Source of the DNA: Octopus vulgaris
Lineage: Eukaryota
Length of the DNA: 64,000 nucleotides
Reading direction: 5' to 3'
NCBI GenBank assembly: GCA_951406725.2
Contig: OX597815.1
Span: forward strand, 150,598,001 to 150,662,000
Shown here: positions 1 through 12,930 of the stretch, in pieces
How the letters are laid out: the number at the start of each line of letters is the position of its first letter
Position numbering within the stretch: position 1 is the first letter of the stretch
Position numbers and translations under genes: made by a program
Notes under the pieces: generated by a model
The model's database searches: none
What the model was told of the DNA's origin: nothing
What the model saw: the letters and a program-made list of their open reading frames with translations, nothing else

Positions 1-559
1 TCAACTTGTTATGGCCAAACAACTGACAAGCAATTCTGTGGTATTGAGCAGAATATTAGCCATAACGATATTTCTGCATCAGCAACACTGCACTGAATCT
101 GTCTGAAATGTAATATAAAATAACTCGGTTTCAAGAGATTGATGATCAGACCACAAAAGCAAACTATGAAGGAGATAGTAGTCATATCCTTTGCTTTCTA
201 TATAGAAACAAACAGGAAATAACACTTACTGACCGAAGATGAAATAAGCATAAATTTTGTTGCAGTGTTATTGTCTCCAGCGCTAATATTTTATTCATCT
301 TTTGTAGCCCAACTGTAAATCTTTTATACATCGAGACACGTTTGGCTCTTTGACTTTTCTTTCCGCAAATAATTTGATACCACCTCTATGGTGAACACAT
401 CTTCCGGCTATTTATGAGGCGCTATCTTGCCACGTCTGTAAATAATATGTAAATCACTATTTGTGAAAATATGTCAACTGTTTACATTATCTACAGACGT
501 ATATTTTCTCAGTTGTAATAAACTTTCAAATGTTCGAAAACCCTTTTGTGCCTGTTGGG

Positions 560-780
560 TTTATCACAATCCGGTAATCTCAGCCTTTCTTGCACTTGGA
601 CGGAAAGTACTTCGAAATCTTCAATTTATCTGGTCTTTGCTGATGCCTAGAATCTCCCTGAGAATTTTCTCGCCCATACCTGCCAACAGCCTTCTATGTA
701 ATAATAATAGTGTAGTCATTCCAGTAAACGGCCTCAGACAATGATAAATAGACCGTACCCTGAGAAACATATTTCCACGC
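560..780 (-). pseudogene. Decayed RTE-like LINE ORF2 fragment (post-RT region)
   Basis: Minus-strand translation HRRLLAGMGEKILREILGISKDQIN resembles the RTE motif RRL.AMEMKILRRILGIS.kD.I.N; frameshifts and stops present. Confidence 0.4.
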
Positions 781-789
781 AAACAAAGA

Positions 790-1040
790 GACAGATAACA
801 GAATGAATATTTTTGGACCTCCAAGAAAGGAAACGACTTTTTGTAGTCGTATCTGTCAGATTTGACAATGTATCTTTTAAACAAATGGAAGAATTAATCA
901 AATATAATGATATTGAAATAGAGACAACCAGAATGTTGAGATTAAAAACGGAAAGAGTTGCTATAAGGAAGGGTATTTTGGGCATGATTAAAATGTGATG
1001 CGAGCAAAGAAATAACCAGAATTATAGGACTGACATATTC
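790..1040 (+). pseudogene. R4/Dong-like non-LTR retrotransposon, restriction-like endonuclease (RLE) C-terminal remnant
   Basis: ORF 813..998 DLQERKRLFVVVSVRFDNVSFKQMEELIKYNDIEIETTRMLRLKTERVAIRKGILGMIK resembles the RLE motif D..vp.D.nv..kE.EK..KY.DL.iE..RmW..k....pi..GaLG. Confidence 0.55.
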
Positions 1041-1134
1041 TTTATTTCTTTCAATCATTAGACTGCGGTCAAGCTGGAGCAACAGCATGAAAAATCTTTG
1101 TCCAATAAATAAAACACAGTACATTGTTTTTCTA

Positions 1135-1249
1135 GGCCTGGTACTTATTCTATCAGTTTCTTTTGCTGAAACATTAGGTTACGGGGACGTAAACACACCG
1201 ACACTGGCTATTAAGTGATAGTAGGGGACAAACAAACACAATGACACAC

Positions 1250-1297
<48 letters not shown>

Positions 1298-1575
1298 CGT
1301 GATCACGTGACCGACCAGACCATCAGATGTTTTACACATCGCTGGTCACAATGCATTCGCATTGTTTTAGCCTTCGAGTGACGCCAGGCAACAGAAGAAA
1401 GAGAGAGAGAAAGAGTGGTGAAAGAGTACAGCAGGGATCACCACCCCCTGCCGGAGCCTCGTGGAGCTTTTAGGTGTTTTCGCTCAATAAACACTCACAA
1501 CGCCCGGTCTGGGAATCGAAACCGCGATCCTACGACCACGAGTCCGCTGCCCTAACCACTAGGTCATTGCGCCTC

Positions 1576-1617
<42 letters not shown>

Positions 1618-1644
1618 CATATTGAGTATTATGTGTTTACTCCG

Positions 1645-1688
<44 letters not shown>

Positions 1689-1840
1689 CGGACTTCTTTC
1701 AGTTTCCGTGTACCGAATCAACTCAAAAGGTTATATTCGATCCGAGATTATAGAAGACACTTTCCCAAATTGCTACGCAGTGGGACTGAACCTGGAACTA
1801 TGATGTTGAGCAGCCAACTTGTTACCACACAGCCACGCCT
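1135..1840 (-). mobile_element. tRNA-derived SINE family A (internal TA/CA microsatellite), interrupted by a nested family-B SINE
   Basis: Head on minus strand AGGCGTGGCTGTGTGGTAA...GGTTCAGTCCC (Pol III A/B boxes); body shared with many other copies in the window. Confidence 0.85.
1294..1577 (-). mobile_element. tRNA-derived SINE family B inserted into the microsatellite of a family-A SINE
   Basis: Head TGGAGGCGCAATGACCTAGTGGTTAGGGCAGCGGACTCGTGGTCGTAGGATCGCGGTTTCGATTCCC; homologous to 16650-17030 and 42530-42835. Confidence 0.85.
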
Positions 1841-2024
1841 CTATTTATGTATACAACATTCAGAGATTACCTCTACTAGGTGGACTACATTATTTAGACC
1901 ACAAAGATTATTATATAATTATTATAGGGGGAACAAAAATGAAACAAAATGGTACATGTATAAAGAACAGGCAGACCTGCGCTTGATAGGGCCATGGGCC
2001 TGCCCTATAAATATAAACTATTAT

Positions 2025-2355
2025 TTTCTATTCTACGTACAAGGCTCGAAATTTTGTGGGGAGGGGACCAGTCGATTAGATCGACCCCAGTACGCAACTG
2101 GTATTTAATTTATCGACCCCGAAAGGATGAAAGGCAAAGTCGACCTCGGCGGAATTTGAACTCACAACGTAAAGGAAGACGAAATACCTATTCCTTTACT
2201 ACCCACAAGGGGCTAAACACAGAGGAAACAAACAAGGACAGACAAACGGATTAAGTCAATTATATCGACCTCAGTGCATAACTGGTACTTAATTTATCGA
2301 CCCCGAAAGGGTGAAAGGCAAAGTCGACCTCGGCGAAATTTGAACTCAAAACGTA
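2025..2355 (-). mobile_element. SINE family D, tandem partial units, with a Meta/MESC-like central domain
   Basis: Repeated GAGTTCAAATTCCGCCGAGGTCGACTTTGCCTTTCATCCTTTCGGGGTCGATAAATTAAGTACCAG (B box plus conserved domain); domain name assigned from memory. Confidence 0.8.
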
Positions 2356-3525
2356 ATCGTCATTAAGGATATCAGAACAAGTTGGCATCATACTCAACAT
2401 GGTTGTAATTTATTTTTACCATTCATTTCTACAAAATGTCTTGTGCACAAAAATAATGAAAAGGAAGGTAATTTCGCAACCTGCTAAACACAGCATTTAT
2501 TTTTTATTTTATTTATTTATCTTACATTTTCTTCCCTGCAACCATAATCTCATTTTGAGTAGACTGGGAATGGTTATCTACTTCAATTCTAATAGCCCCC
2601 AAATGGATCTTATTAATACCAAGCCTACCTGTGACCAATATTTTTAGTTATATTTTTTAGTTTCGTGGTTTAATCTGTTTTCTAACGTTCGCTCTCCAGT
2701 TTCATTTTCGAAACGTTTAAATATTTTATCTGGTTGACGTAGCCATGCAGGTGTGCTAGAAAGTAGATGCAAGTACGATTTTACGATTAAGAAATCACTT
2801 TTGCTAACACGTGGTTCCAATGTCAATCCCACTGTGGGGTTCTTTGGGTAAATATCTACTATTCTAAAAACGCTTAACCGATATCATGTGAATGAATGTT
2901 ATTCGAAAGAAATTGTGAATGAGCTCATCGAAGAAATAGATTTGGAAAGAGATTGCTAATGCAAGTGCAGACAGTCGGAAACTCTGGATAGCAAAGGGTC
3001 TGAGGGGGCCATCAAAAAAGAATGCACATCTTCCCTTCGACGGCTTTATATGAAACCCCACCTATTGTTTCGACTGACTAGTATTCAACTTCAAGTCCAT
3101 TTGTTCATCATCTCCTATCCAGCCAGGTTTCGTCATTCTTTTTCAGCCATATCCAATGACTGTCCCTCTCAGCTGTCTGATTGGATCTTTTGCAAGATGA
3201 CGTTTGCTTGACGATGATGGACACTAACTGAGAGCAGCCACCATCTCAGTTTGGCCCCAATAAATCTCTCACATCTCACTTCTACAGGAAAGTATACGGC
3301 ACTTCAAACAGCATCTATACAGTAGCGTCTCATAAAGCTTGTCTTTCCTGATCTGGGCTACATCTAAATTGCTTATATATATAAGCATGCATACATACAT
3401 ACATACACCTATGTCCTAATTCTTAGGATTGGTGATGGAATAGCTTGATAGCGCATGAATTGACATATGCACATGTATGAATATTATCAGTATGTATAGT
3501 TATATATATATATATAAATATATAT

Positions 3526-5060
3526 TAGGGTGATGCAAAGTAACTTAGCATTTCAATAACTTGAAGATACCCTCTAATTTTATTTAATTTTGTGTAAAAA
3601 CCCAATATGCAAAATTTCAGCACAACTGAAGACATTTTAGAGGTTGCTACCAGCCACTAAACATTTTGAAAATTGTTACTTTTCAGTTTGTATTTATTGT
3701 ACATTTGCTGTCTCCTTGCCATCATCTACTGACCCTGACAAACAACTGCTTAAGAGTTTCAAAGCAAAGTGGGTGGGAATTGACAAGAACAATTACCAAA
3801 CAACAACGAATGACCCTAACATTGCAGAGAAAATCTCAGATGCTGAAGAAATCATTCAATTTGCTGAAGCTCAGCAGCCTTGTGATGACTACAAAGAATT
3901 GTTCGATCTAATGCTCATTTTCCTCGGTAGTACTCCCAAGTCAGGAATTAGCTTTAAAAGCACCCGGAGTTTATCACAGAGCACGATGGATGATCAAGCT
4001 AATTTACTGCATTAAAATTTGAATGGCTAAATCTCATTTTAAAGTAATTGATAGAGGGGGAAAAGGACTGAGAGATGTTTGCTGCTTTTCAGCTGCAATA
4101 TACATCAGATCGTGGTACCTGGCACCCATACGCTCATGCCCCCTTCCCTTCAGATTTGCATTTTGTGCAAAGTCTGTAGCTCTACAAACAAAAGGATGAC
4201 AAAATTTCGAGTGTTGCACTCAATAAGGTTTTGAGACATTTGTGGCACCTCTCTGAGGAACTTGTGGCGCTTGCATTTTTTGATTCAGCTGTTTTGCATG
4301 AGACAAAAATCAAAATTAAGCATGCTCTGCAGAAACCAGTTGACTCAAAACCGAGTAAATGAGCGACAATAAATCCTGAGTCAGCTGAGCAGGAACAACT
4401 GCAGGATTTCGTTACTGCCAACACAAAAAGATTCTTTGAAATCCTAGAGGAGCCTTGGCTTTTTCTTGAAAAAGATGCTGAAGAATGGAATGATGATGAA
4501 AGTTAGGCGAATGCAAGAGATATCGCATATGGACTCAAAGAGGTAAACGACATTGCGGAAAGAAGTGTACGACTGATGGGGGAATACAACAAACTGACAA
4601 CCAATGATGAAGAGCAGAAACAATAGTTTCTTCAAATTGTTAAAAGGTACAGGTCGTCACTCTCAAACAAAAACAAGAAAACATTACTCTTGCTTCACAA
4701 AAATATGAACCTACATAAGTGGTCATGATGTGCTTACTGGGGAAACTTCCACATAAAAAAGTTAACGCGGTACTCGCTGTACCTCACTATGTAATGTAGA
4801 CTAGAATGTCATCGTGTTTTTTTTCCTCAAACAAGGTTAACTAGGTACATATCAAATCGGTTCCAGCGAAAATATCAACAAAACAATATTTTGAGCACAA
4901 ACTGACATATGTATATTTATAAAGCTTGGTAGCAACCTCTAATTTTCTCTTTTTCAACCCCAAATTTCATATACAATGCTTTTAGGAATATTAATAAAAT
5001 AGGTTGGGTCTCCCTTAAAATAGAAAAAAATTTATTTGCCTCCGTTTTTGCATCACCTTA
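3526..5060 (+). mobile_element. hAT-superfamily (hATm-like) DNA transposon, internally deleted, with decayed transposase C-terminal part (about 3700-4700)
   Basis: TIRs TAGGGTGATGCAAA / TTTGCATCACCTTA; perfect 16-bp subterminal IR at 3637-3652 and 4927-4942; peptides QPCDDYKELFDLMLIFLG, PGVYHRARWM, HLWHLSEELVALAFFD, VNDIAERSV. Confidence 0.8.
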
Positions 5061-5088
5061 ATACACATACACACGCACGTACATACAT

Positions 5089-5120
<32 letters not shown>

Positions 5121-5144
5121 CTATATATATATATATATATATAG

Positions 5145-6365
5145 TTTAAAGATCTAAAGGAGGTAGGATCAACAAAAAAGAGATAACCATCAGTTTAAAT
5201 ACACAACCGAAAGAGATACTAAGAGTTTCATGCCTTTAAGATACCTAAAGTGGTATATTTGTATAATACGCCACGTATCTTAAAGCAATTTATACCAAGC
5301 CTATATCAGCAAATAAACTATACTGCAGGATGTTCTAGAGAAATTTGAAGAGCTCGTGCGACGGATGAGATGGAAGGCTTAATTTCTTGATTCATTGCTA
5401 ACATCTGCTTTCAGGGAACGTTATAATTTGAAAAGTCATAAGATAAAAGATTTAGCTCCTTTTGAAGCAAACCCTTTTGATTTGGTAACTAATATGAGAT
5501 TTCCTAAATACTATAAACATTTTTAAGCTAAACTAAAATCTGATATTAGAAATTTCAGAAGTTCTAAAGGCAAATTTGCATTTTCAGATAAGACTAATAA
5601 CCTGCTTGAAGTAATAACGATTTACATGATAAATTCTTACACGACGCTATATCTGCTAAATAGATACAGTGATATTAACAATGAGGCTAAATTTCTTTCT
5701 AAACTGAGTAAAATTGAGGATAGGGTAGAATGATTAGCTAAACGTGAAGCTTTTAATACTCTAAAAGATTACAAACCCAATTTCAGTAATAAGCCTACTT
5801 GTTGACTTTTAAACCCAGCGAGGAAGGAAACGGGCTTAGTAGCTAAAAAAAATGCTAGGGAAGATTAATATCAGAATTAGAGAGACAGTTAAACAACAAC
5901 AACAACGGGGTTATACCAGCAATGCGAAAAATTGGTTTAGGAATATGAAGGATAAGCATAGAGCTAGAGTCACTCAATTTGACATTATTGATTTTTATCC
6001 CTATGTCGAGGTCATTTCTAGATAAAGCGACAGAGATTGCAAAGGCGTAGGAGGATATAGACCAAATAGACATGAGAAAACCTTTTCTATTTAGTAAGAG
6101 CTCAGCATAGGTTAAACAGCTAGATTCTGATGAGTTGTTTGATGTATTGATGGGATCGTATTACAGTGCAGACATCTGCGATCTTGTGGATTTCTTTATT
6201 TTAAATACACTGATATCCAAGTTCCCATACCATAACGTTGGTCTGTATTGAGACGATGGGTTGAGAATATCTCATAGCTGTCGTGGCCACACTCTTAATA
6301 AATTTAGGAAAAATCTCATTGAGACATTTAGTCAATTAGGCTCCAAAATTAATTACTACTAATCT
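5145..6365 (+). mobile_element. Penelope-like element (Naiad-like) RT remnant with an inverted terminal-repeat fragment at its 5' end
   Basis: Peptides RRMRWKA, DKTNNL, LKDYKPNFSNKPTC*LLNPA, QFDIIDFYP, FDVLMGSY..ADICDLV, GLY*DDGL; multiple stops; flanked by (TA)n. Confidence 0.85.
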
Positions 6366-6523
6366 GTTGATTTTTTTCCCCTAGATTTAAATTTCCTCTC
6401 TTATATATATATATATATATATGCACGCAAATAATGATATAGATTGACTAGTTCACTTAAACTAAATGATGAACTATTATTTATGAAATTACTATTTTGC
6501 TAGAAATATTTTGTGTGCAAACT

Positions 6524-6650
<127 letters not shown>

Positions 6651-7174
6651 ATGACAGGGTGGTCTTGTGATTGTTATGGTACTGTAAGGATGTCGATTTG
6701 ACTTCTTTTCACTGACGCTCAACACGTTGTTGTCCGAGTCAAGTTTAGTGTTACATAACAAAGATTGTCTGACATTCATTCTTAAGTCATGTGGCCTTCA
6801 TACGGCCTCCCACTAAGTTTTATCTATCCAGCGCTTAACAATGACTCAACGATTCCAGCAACGTTAATTATGGACATATCTGCATCAGTTGTACTAATGT
6901 TAAATTGCCCAAAATCGTAGATTATATGTAGACACGATCCAACTTCATGTTCAGTTAATCGTTAGTGCTAAAAGTAGCAGCTGAGTTCCAACAGAAGCAC
7001 TCTCCTTAAACTTAAAAAGTATTGGACAATGTATTACTAGTTATCGTGGCTCTCCGTTGGTTACGACGACGAGGGTTCCAGTTGATTCACAGACACGTGC
7101 ACCCTTAACGTAGCTCTCGGGGAGATACACAAGTCTGTTCGATCAGAATCGGTTCGAAGATAAACAGGAATAAC

Positions 7175-7792
7175 TTTTCTTTCTCTACTCTAGTCACAAG
7201 GCCCGAAATTTGGGAGCAGGGGTCAGACGATTTCGCAACTGGTACTTAATTTTATCGACCCCAAAAGAATGTAAGGCAAAGTTGGTCTCCGCGGAATTTG
7301 AACTCAGAACGTATAGACAGACGTAAAAACAGACGAAACACAGCTAAGCATTTCGCCCGGCGTGCTAACCTTTCTTATTTCTTTACTGCCAACAAGTGGC
7401 TACACACAGAGGGGACAAACAAGGACAGACAGATTGATTAAGTCGATTATATCGACACCAGTGCGTAACTGGTACTTATTTAATCGACCCCGAATGGATG
7501 AAAGGCAAAGTCGACCTCAGAGGAATTTGAACTCAGAACGTAGCGGCAGACGAAATACCTATTTCTTTACTACCGACAAGGGGCTAAACATAGAGAAGAC
7601 AAACAAGTACAGAGAAACGGATTAAGTCGATTATATCGACTCCAATGCGTAACTGGTACTTAATTTATCGACCCCGAAAGGGTGAAAGGCAAAGTCGACC
7701 TCGGCGGAATTTGAACTCAGAAAGTAACGGCAGACGAAATACGACTACGCATTTCGACCGGCGTGCTAACGTTTCTGCCAGCTCGCCGCCTT
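7175..7792 (-). mobile_element. SINE family D tandem array
   Basis: Three partial units ending in the head AGGCGGCGAGCTGGCAGAAACGTTAGCACGCC on the minus strand. Confidence 0.85.
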
Positions 7793-7956
7793 GATAAACA
7801 GGAACAGCAACAACAACAGCAACAACCTGCAAACTTTTCAATACTGTTTCCACTGCTTCTTAAAGACATTCTTCCATCAACCGCTTTTAGATTCTATTTT
7901 CTATAATATTACATTATATTCTCTCTCTCCAGTCAAATTGGCTATTTATATTTGAA

Positions 7957-7995
<39 letters not shown>

Positions 7996-8525
7996 TTGTC
8001 GTTTTTCCTTCTTTTTTTTTTCCTCCATTTAACAACCCATTCAATTTTAATATCGTCCGTATATCGGTAAGAAAAATAGACTTTATTATATATTGTAGAG
8101 TAATAAAATCTCTCGATACTACGTGTTAATTTTAATGTGTGAGTTACTGAAAAGGAAAACACGCAATAATAAAAGAAAACAAGACAAAAAAGGCAAAAAA
8201 TATGAATGAAAGAAAAATGAAATAAAATCGCCAACCAAAAAGAAAAGAAAAAGCAGGAGATAAGTTGAACGATACACAAAAATATATATTTGATAATCAA
8301 TCAAATGGCACTATATATTTCAAGATTTTATCATAAATATGTTCATAGCACCAAGCGAAAGTCGTTATCTGCAATAGAAATACATTTTTTATTACTATTA
8401 TCAGAAAGGACATTTACGTTGTCCTGTCTGCTAATTGTCATATATGTACATATCTAATTTCTTCTCAAGCCTTCTTTAAACCAGTCATCATCATCACAAA
8501 CAATTATTTATTTATTCATTCATTT

Positions 8526-8761
<236 letters not shown>

Positions 8762-9139
8762 TATTTCTTTCCAGTGGCTGCTCTTCGTCTCAGGTTTTTC
8801 GACTTTTAGCTTCCTCCTTGTCATTTCTCAGTTCCTTCTTTCCTTCTTTCTTTCTTCTTTCTTTCTTCTTTCTTTTTTCTCTCTCTCTCTCTCTCTCTTT
8901 CCCTCCCTCTCCCTCTCCTTCATGTCATTCTCTTCATTTCCGCACACAATGAAATATATCATGCGTAATTGTCTTTTTTATGCATGTGTTCTTTCGTGTG
9001 TACATACGTGTATGAGTGCTCCCGTGACTGTGTGTGTGCTCGGATGAGTGTGTGTGCATGTGAATGTGCGTGTGTATGTGTGCACGTGTGTGTTGAGTGA
9101 TTCTTTGTATGGAGAATAGTTGTATATATGTTTTAGAAT

Positions 9140-9142
9140 GCA

Positions 9143-9194
<52 letters not shown>

Positions 9195-9325
9195 GCATGT
9201 ATGTATGTATATGTATGCATATCTATATGTATATATATATATATGCATATGTATATGTATGCATATATGTATGTATATATGTATATATATATATATGTAT
9301 ATGTATATATGTATGCATATATATC

Positions 9326-9362
<37 letters not shown>

Positions 9363-9389
9363 ATGTATATATGTATTTATGTATATGTA

Positions 9390-9436
<47 letters not shown>

Positions 9437-9532
9437 GCATATGTATATATATATATATGTATATGGATGTATATATACATATATGTATATATATGTATAT
9501 GCATGTATATCTATATATGTATAATTATTATG

Positions 9533-9565
<33 letters not shown>

Positions 9566-9803
9566 GTGTGTGTGTACATATGTGTGTGTGTATGCGTGCA
9601 TATATACGTATATGCACGCATACAACTCACATGAATATATGAATCATATATCTTTGCATGCATATGTACATATTTTAAGTATATAATCATATGTGCACAT
9701 GCAACATCTGTAGTACTTTTTCATATGAAGACAAGAACAGAATAAATACATACATATATGTGTGTGTGTGCATGTGTGTGTGTATGAGTTTGTGTATGTG
9801 TTC

Positions 9804-9834
<31 letters not shown>

Positions 9835-10150
9835 AAAAGAGAGAGAGAGATGTATGTATGCTTGTATGTAATTATGGATGTATATATGCACGTGTCTGTG
9901 TATATGTGGATGTATGGATATATTTATAGGTTTGTGTATTCATGTACGTGTACGTGTATACACACACACAAATTTATATATATATGTTTGTACGTATGTA
10001 TGTATATATATTATGTGTGGTTGTTTCTGAGTATATGTGCTTGTTGTTTGAGGTGGGTGTTGGTGTGCTTTTGTGTGTGTGTGTGCTCGTGTGTGCGTGT
10101 GTGTGTGTGTGCTCGTGTGTGCGTGTGTGTGTGTGCGCGCGTGCGTGTGT
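9140..10150. repeat. Long degenerate (TA)/(TG)/(TATG) microsatellite field
   Basis: Direct reading; source of the spurious Y/I/C/V-rich ORFs. Confidence 0.95.
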
Positions 10151-11184
10151 CCACCATTTCGTTTAACAAAAACTATTTATTTCATCTGTCTCGAAACAAC
10201 TGACCGCAATGGTTGAGTATTGTAATTAGCTCTTCCTTCTATTTTCACGGTATTTCCCAAGAGACACATTACGACTTCGTGCCACACAAATTCCTATGCA
10301 CTTAGTGTCGACTTAATGAATGTAAATAGACCGAGCGATAATAAAGTAGTTGATGGTTGCCTGGCTAGAGCCTAGATGTCAATCATTGCACATTCTTGGC
10401 TCTTACGTTAAATACTAAATAATGCTAGCCATTAGAAACGAGAGCCAAGTCGATGAGTTGGAATAGAGGAAAACAGAACGCTAAGAGTTGTATGTGTAAC
10501 AATTGTTCTTTTGTACTGTCTCAATGATGATTCAAATGATAAATCAGAAACAATGTTGTTCCCATCTTAATTTCTTTCGTAGTTCACTTTACTTCATTAT
10601 TCTTTCCTTTGTCTCCTTTCATCTCTTCTCAGTTTCGTCTCCTTCTGTCATTTTCACTCTCACTCTCTCACTCTCTCACTCTCTCTATCTCTTTCTTTTG
10701 TTCTTCTTTCTTTTCCTTTCTGTTTCTCTCTTGTCTCCTCCGCTTATCTGTCTTTGCACAATGAAAGGAGCCAAGCGTTTAGTATTCAACTGACGTAATA
10801 TGTAACTTAATGAATAAAAGATATTCTCCCGCTATTGTGAATTATTGTTCGTGTTGAGCAAACGAAAAGTATTTATTGAAGAAAATCCTTTTCTCCCCAA
10901 TGACATCTGAACACGTTCTGAAATGCGTACATCTTTGGCACACATTCTCCGGCCCGAACTGACAGACTATAAAATTGATGTCAATACAAGTTAGTGTATT
11001 AGAACAAACATTAAGCATATCTGGCAACCATCTTTCTTTCCAGAATTTTCTTATTGATTCACTTATCTATTGATGAAGGCAGAATAATATATTCACATTA
11101 TTGTTACTTTAAATATAGATTTTTGAGACTTCTGACACTGCATTGGTTATAGGTTGTGACTCAGAGTTGGCACTGTGTATGAAG

Positions 11185-12225
11185 GTTGAGGGTTAGTGTT
11201 AACCCGGTAAATGGGTAAAAAAAAATCTTTAACCTATTTAGTAGTTTCAGAGTTGTAGTTAAACTCGTAATTTGGTTGAGAGTCTTAGTTAACCTAGTTG
11301 GTAGGTTTAATATGTAGATAACCCCAGTTAGCTCAGTGAGTATAATGAGTCAGCATAAGTAATTTAAGAGTCACTATTGACTCAATGTATAGGTTGTTAC
11401 CCAGACAGTTACTGTAAACAGGTGGAATCATTATTAGCCCCACAACGGTGAAAGCCACCTCAGATGAACGTAAAGGCTCTGCTTTCCCAATAAGAAAATT
11501 GAGAATCCCTTTTAAATAGGTAAAGAGTCAATGTAAATAGGTTACGAGTCACTATTAGCCCAATAAATAGTTTGCAAGTCACAGTAAATAGGTTAAGAGT
11601 CACTGTTAACTCAATGAGTAAGTTGATAGTGACTTTTAGCCATGTATTAAGAATCATTGTTAGCCCATTGAATTGGCGGAGAGTCAATACTAGTTCAAAT
11701 AGATGGGTTGAGAGTCATTGTGAGTCAATTAAATTCACTGGAAGTTACTGTTAGCGTAATAAATAAAATGAACGTTTCTATTAGTCTATTAGACTAAGTA
11801 GAATAAGTGCCACACTGTTAGCTCAGTTTGTAATTTGAGAGGCACTGTTAACCGAATAAATTGATTGGGAGTCCCAGTTAACTGAGTAAGTAGATTGATT
11901 GGTCCCGTTAACCCGGTAAATATTCTGAGAGCCAGTGTTGGCCCAGTAAATAAATGGAGAGTCACTATTAGCTCTAAACATAAATGAATCGTCACTATCT
12001 TGTGAGTCATTGTTATCCCAGTAAATAGGTGAAGAGCCGTTGTTTGCCCAAATAGCTAGACTGGGCGTCAGTTAGCCCAGTAAATTGGTAAATAGTTACT
12101 GCCGTTCTAGCGAATAGCTGGCGAGTCACTATTAGCCCAGTAACTAGATTGAGTGTCAATGTTATCCCCATGAATAGGTTGAGAGTCACTGTTAACCCAG
12201 TCAGTAAGCTGGCAGCCATTGTTAG
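11185..12225 (+). repeat. Degenerate minisatellite with a unit of about 30 bp (consensus approximately GAGTCACTGTTAACCCAGTAAATAGGTTGA)
   Basis: Recurrent gagtcact(g/a)ttagccc/ttaaccc and taaataggtt at about 30-bp spacing over about 1 kb. Confidence 0.85.
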
Positions 12226-12399
12226 ACTAGACCGAGTGGGATTGCTTTTCCAGTGTATTCAATGAGTCAGGGATATGTAAGATTTCCTTCAGAGAAGTGT
12301 TTAGAGATGTGTTACCCCATTATTTTTAAAGAATGTAGGACACAACACAGTAAAATGTGATATTATCATGATGATATTAAATATTAAGTTAGAGTAGTA

Positions 12400-12930
12400 G
12401 ATTGGATAGCGTCAGTGCGCCGAACAAAATATCTTACTGTATTTGGTTACGTCTTTTTAAGCTCTGAGTTCAAATCCTACTAGGATCAACTTTATCTTTC
12501 GTCCTTTCCAGAACAGAGACGAATGAAGTGAAGTGCCAGTCAAATATTGGGGTCTCTTTCATCCATTCCAGCAATTATAACAATTGGGGAAAATCAATAC
12601 TATTTGTTTAGGTAGGAATATATTTTATAAGGAGGACAGGATGATCTACGTTTTCAACACAGCAGGGCACTCCTTAGATATATCACATGATGTTCGTTAG
12701 AGAAGCAACATGATACTTGTTAGTCACTCAGAAGCCTTTCTACTATAGGTACAAGGTCTGGACATTTGGTGGAGGGATTAAGTCGATTACATCGACCCCA
12801 GTATTCAACTGATACTTAATTTATCGATCCCAAAGGATGAAAGGCAAATTCAATCTCGGCTAAAGATAGACGAAATGCCGTAAAGCATTTTGCACGGTAT
12901 GCTAACGATTTTGCCAGCGCATAGTCGCTC
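12400..12930. mobile_element. Two degenerate family-D SINE copies (about 12400-12555 on +, about 12738-12930 on -)
   Basis: gagttcaaatcc...aactttatctttcgtcc and atcgatcccaaaggatgaaaggcaaa. Confidence 0.65.

Noticed and set aside
1500-1577. tRNA genes at SINE heads (also 16950-17030, 17275-17348)
   Set aside because: tRNA-derived SINE heads continuous with SINE bodies
5290-6360. In-frame TGA codons in the Naiad-like RT as selenocysteine
   Set aside because: The clearest ones replace conserved Arg (GLY*DDG, PTC*LL), consistent with CGA>TGA decay; TAA/TAG stops and frameshifts are also present
11185-12225. CRISPR-like array
   Set aside because: Contiguous degenerate tandem units without unique spacers, in eukaryotic context
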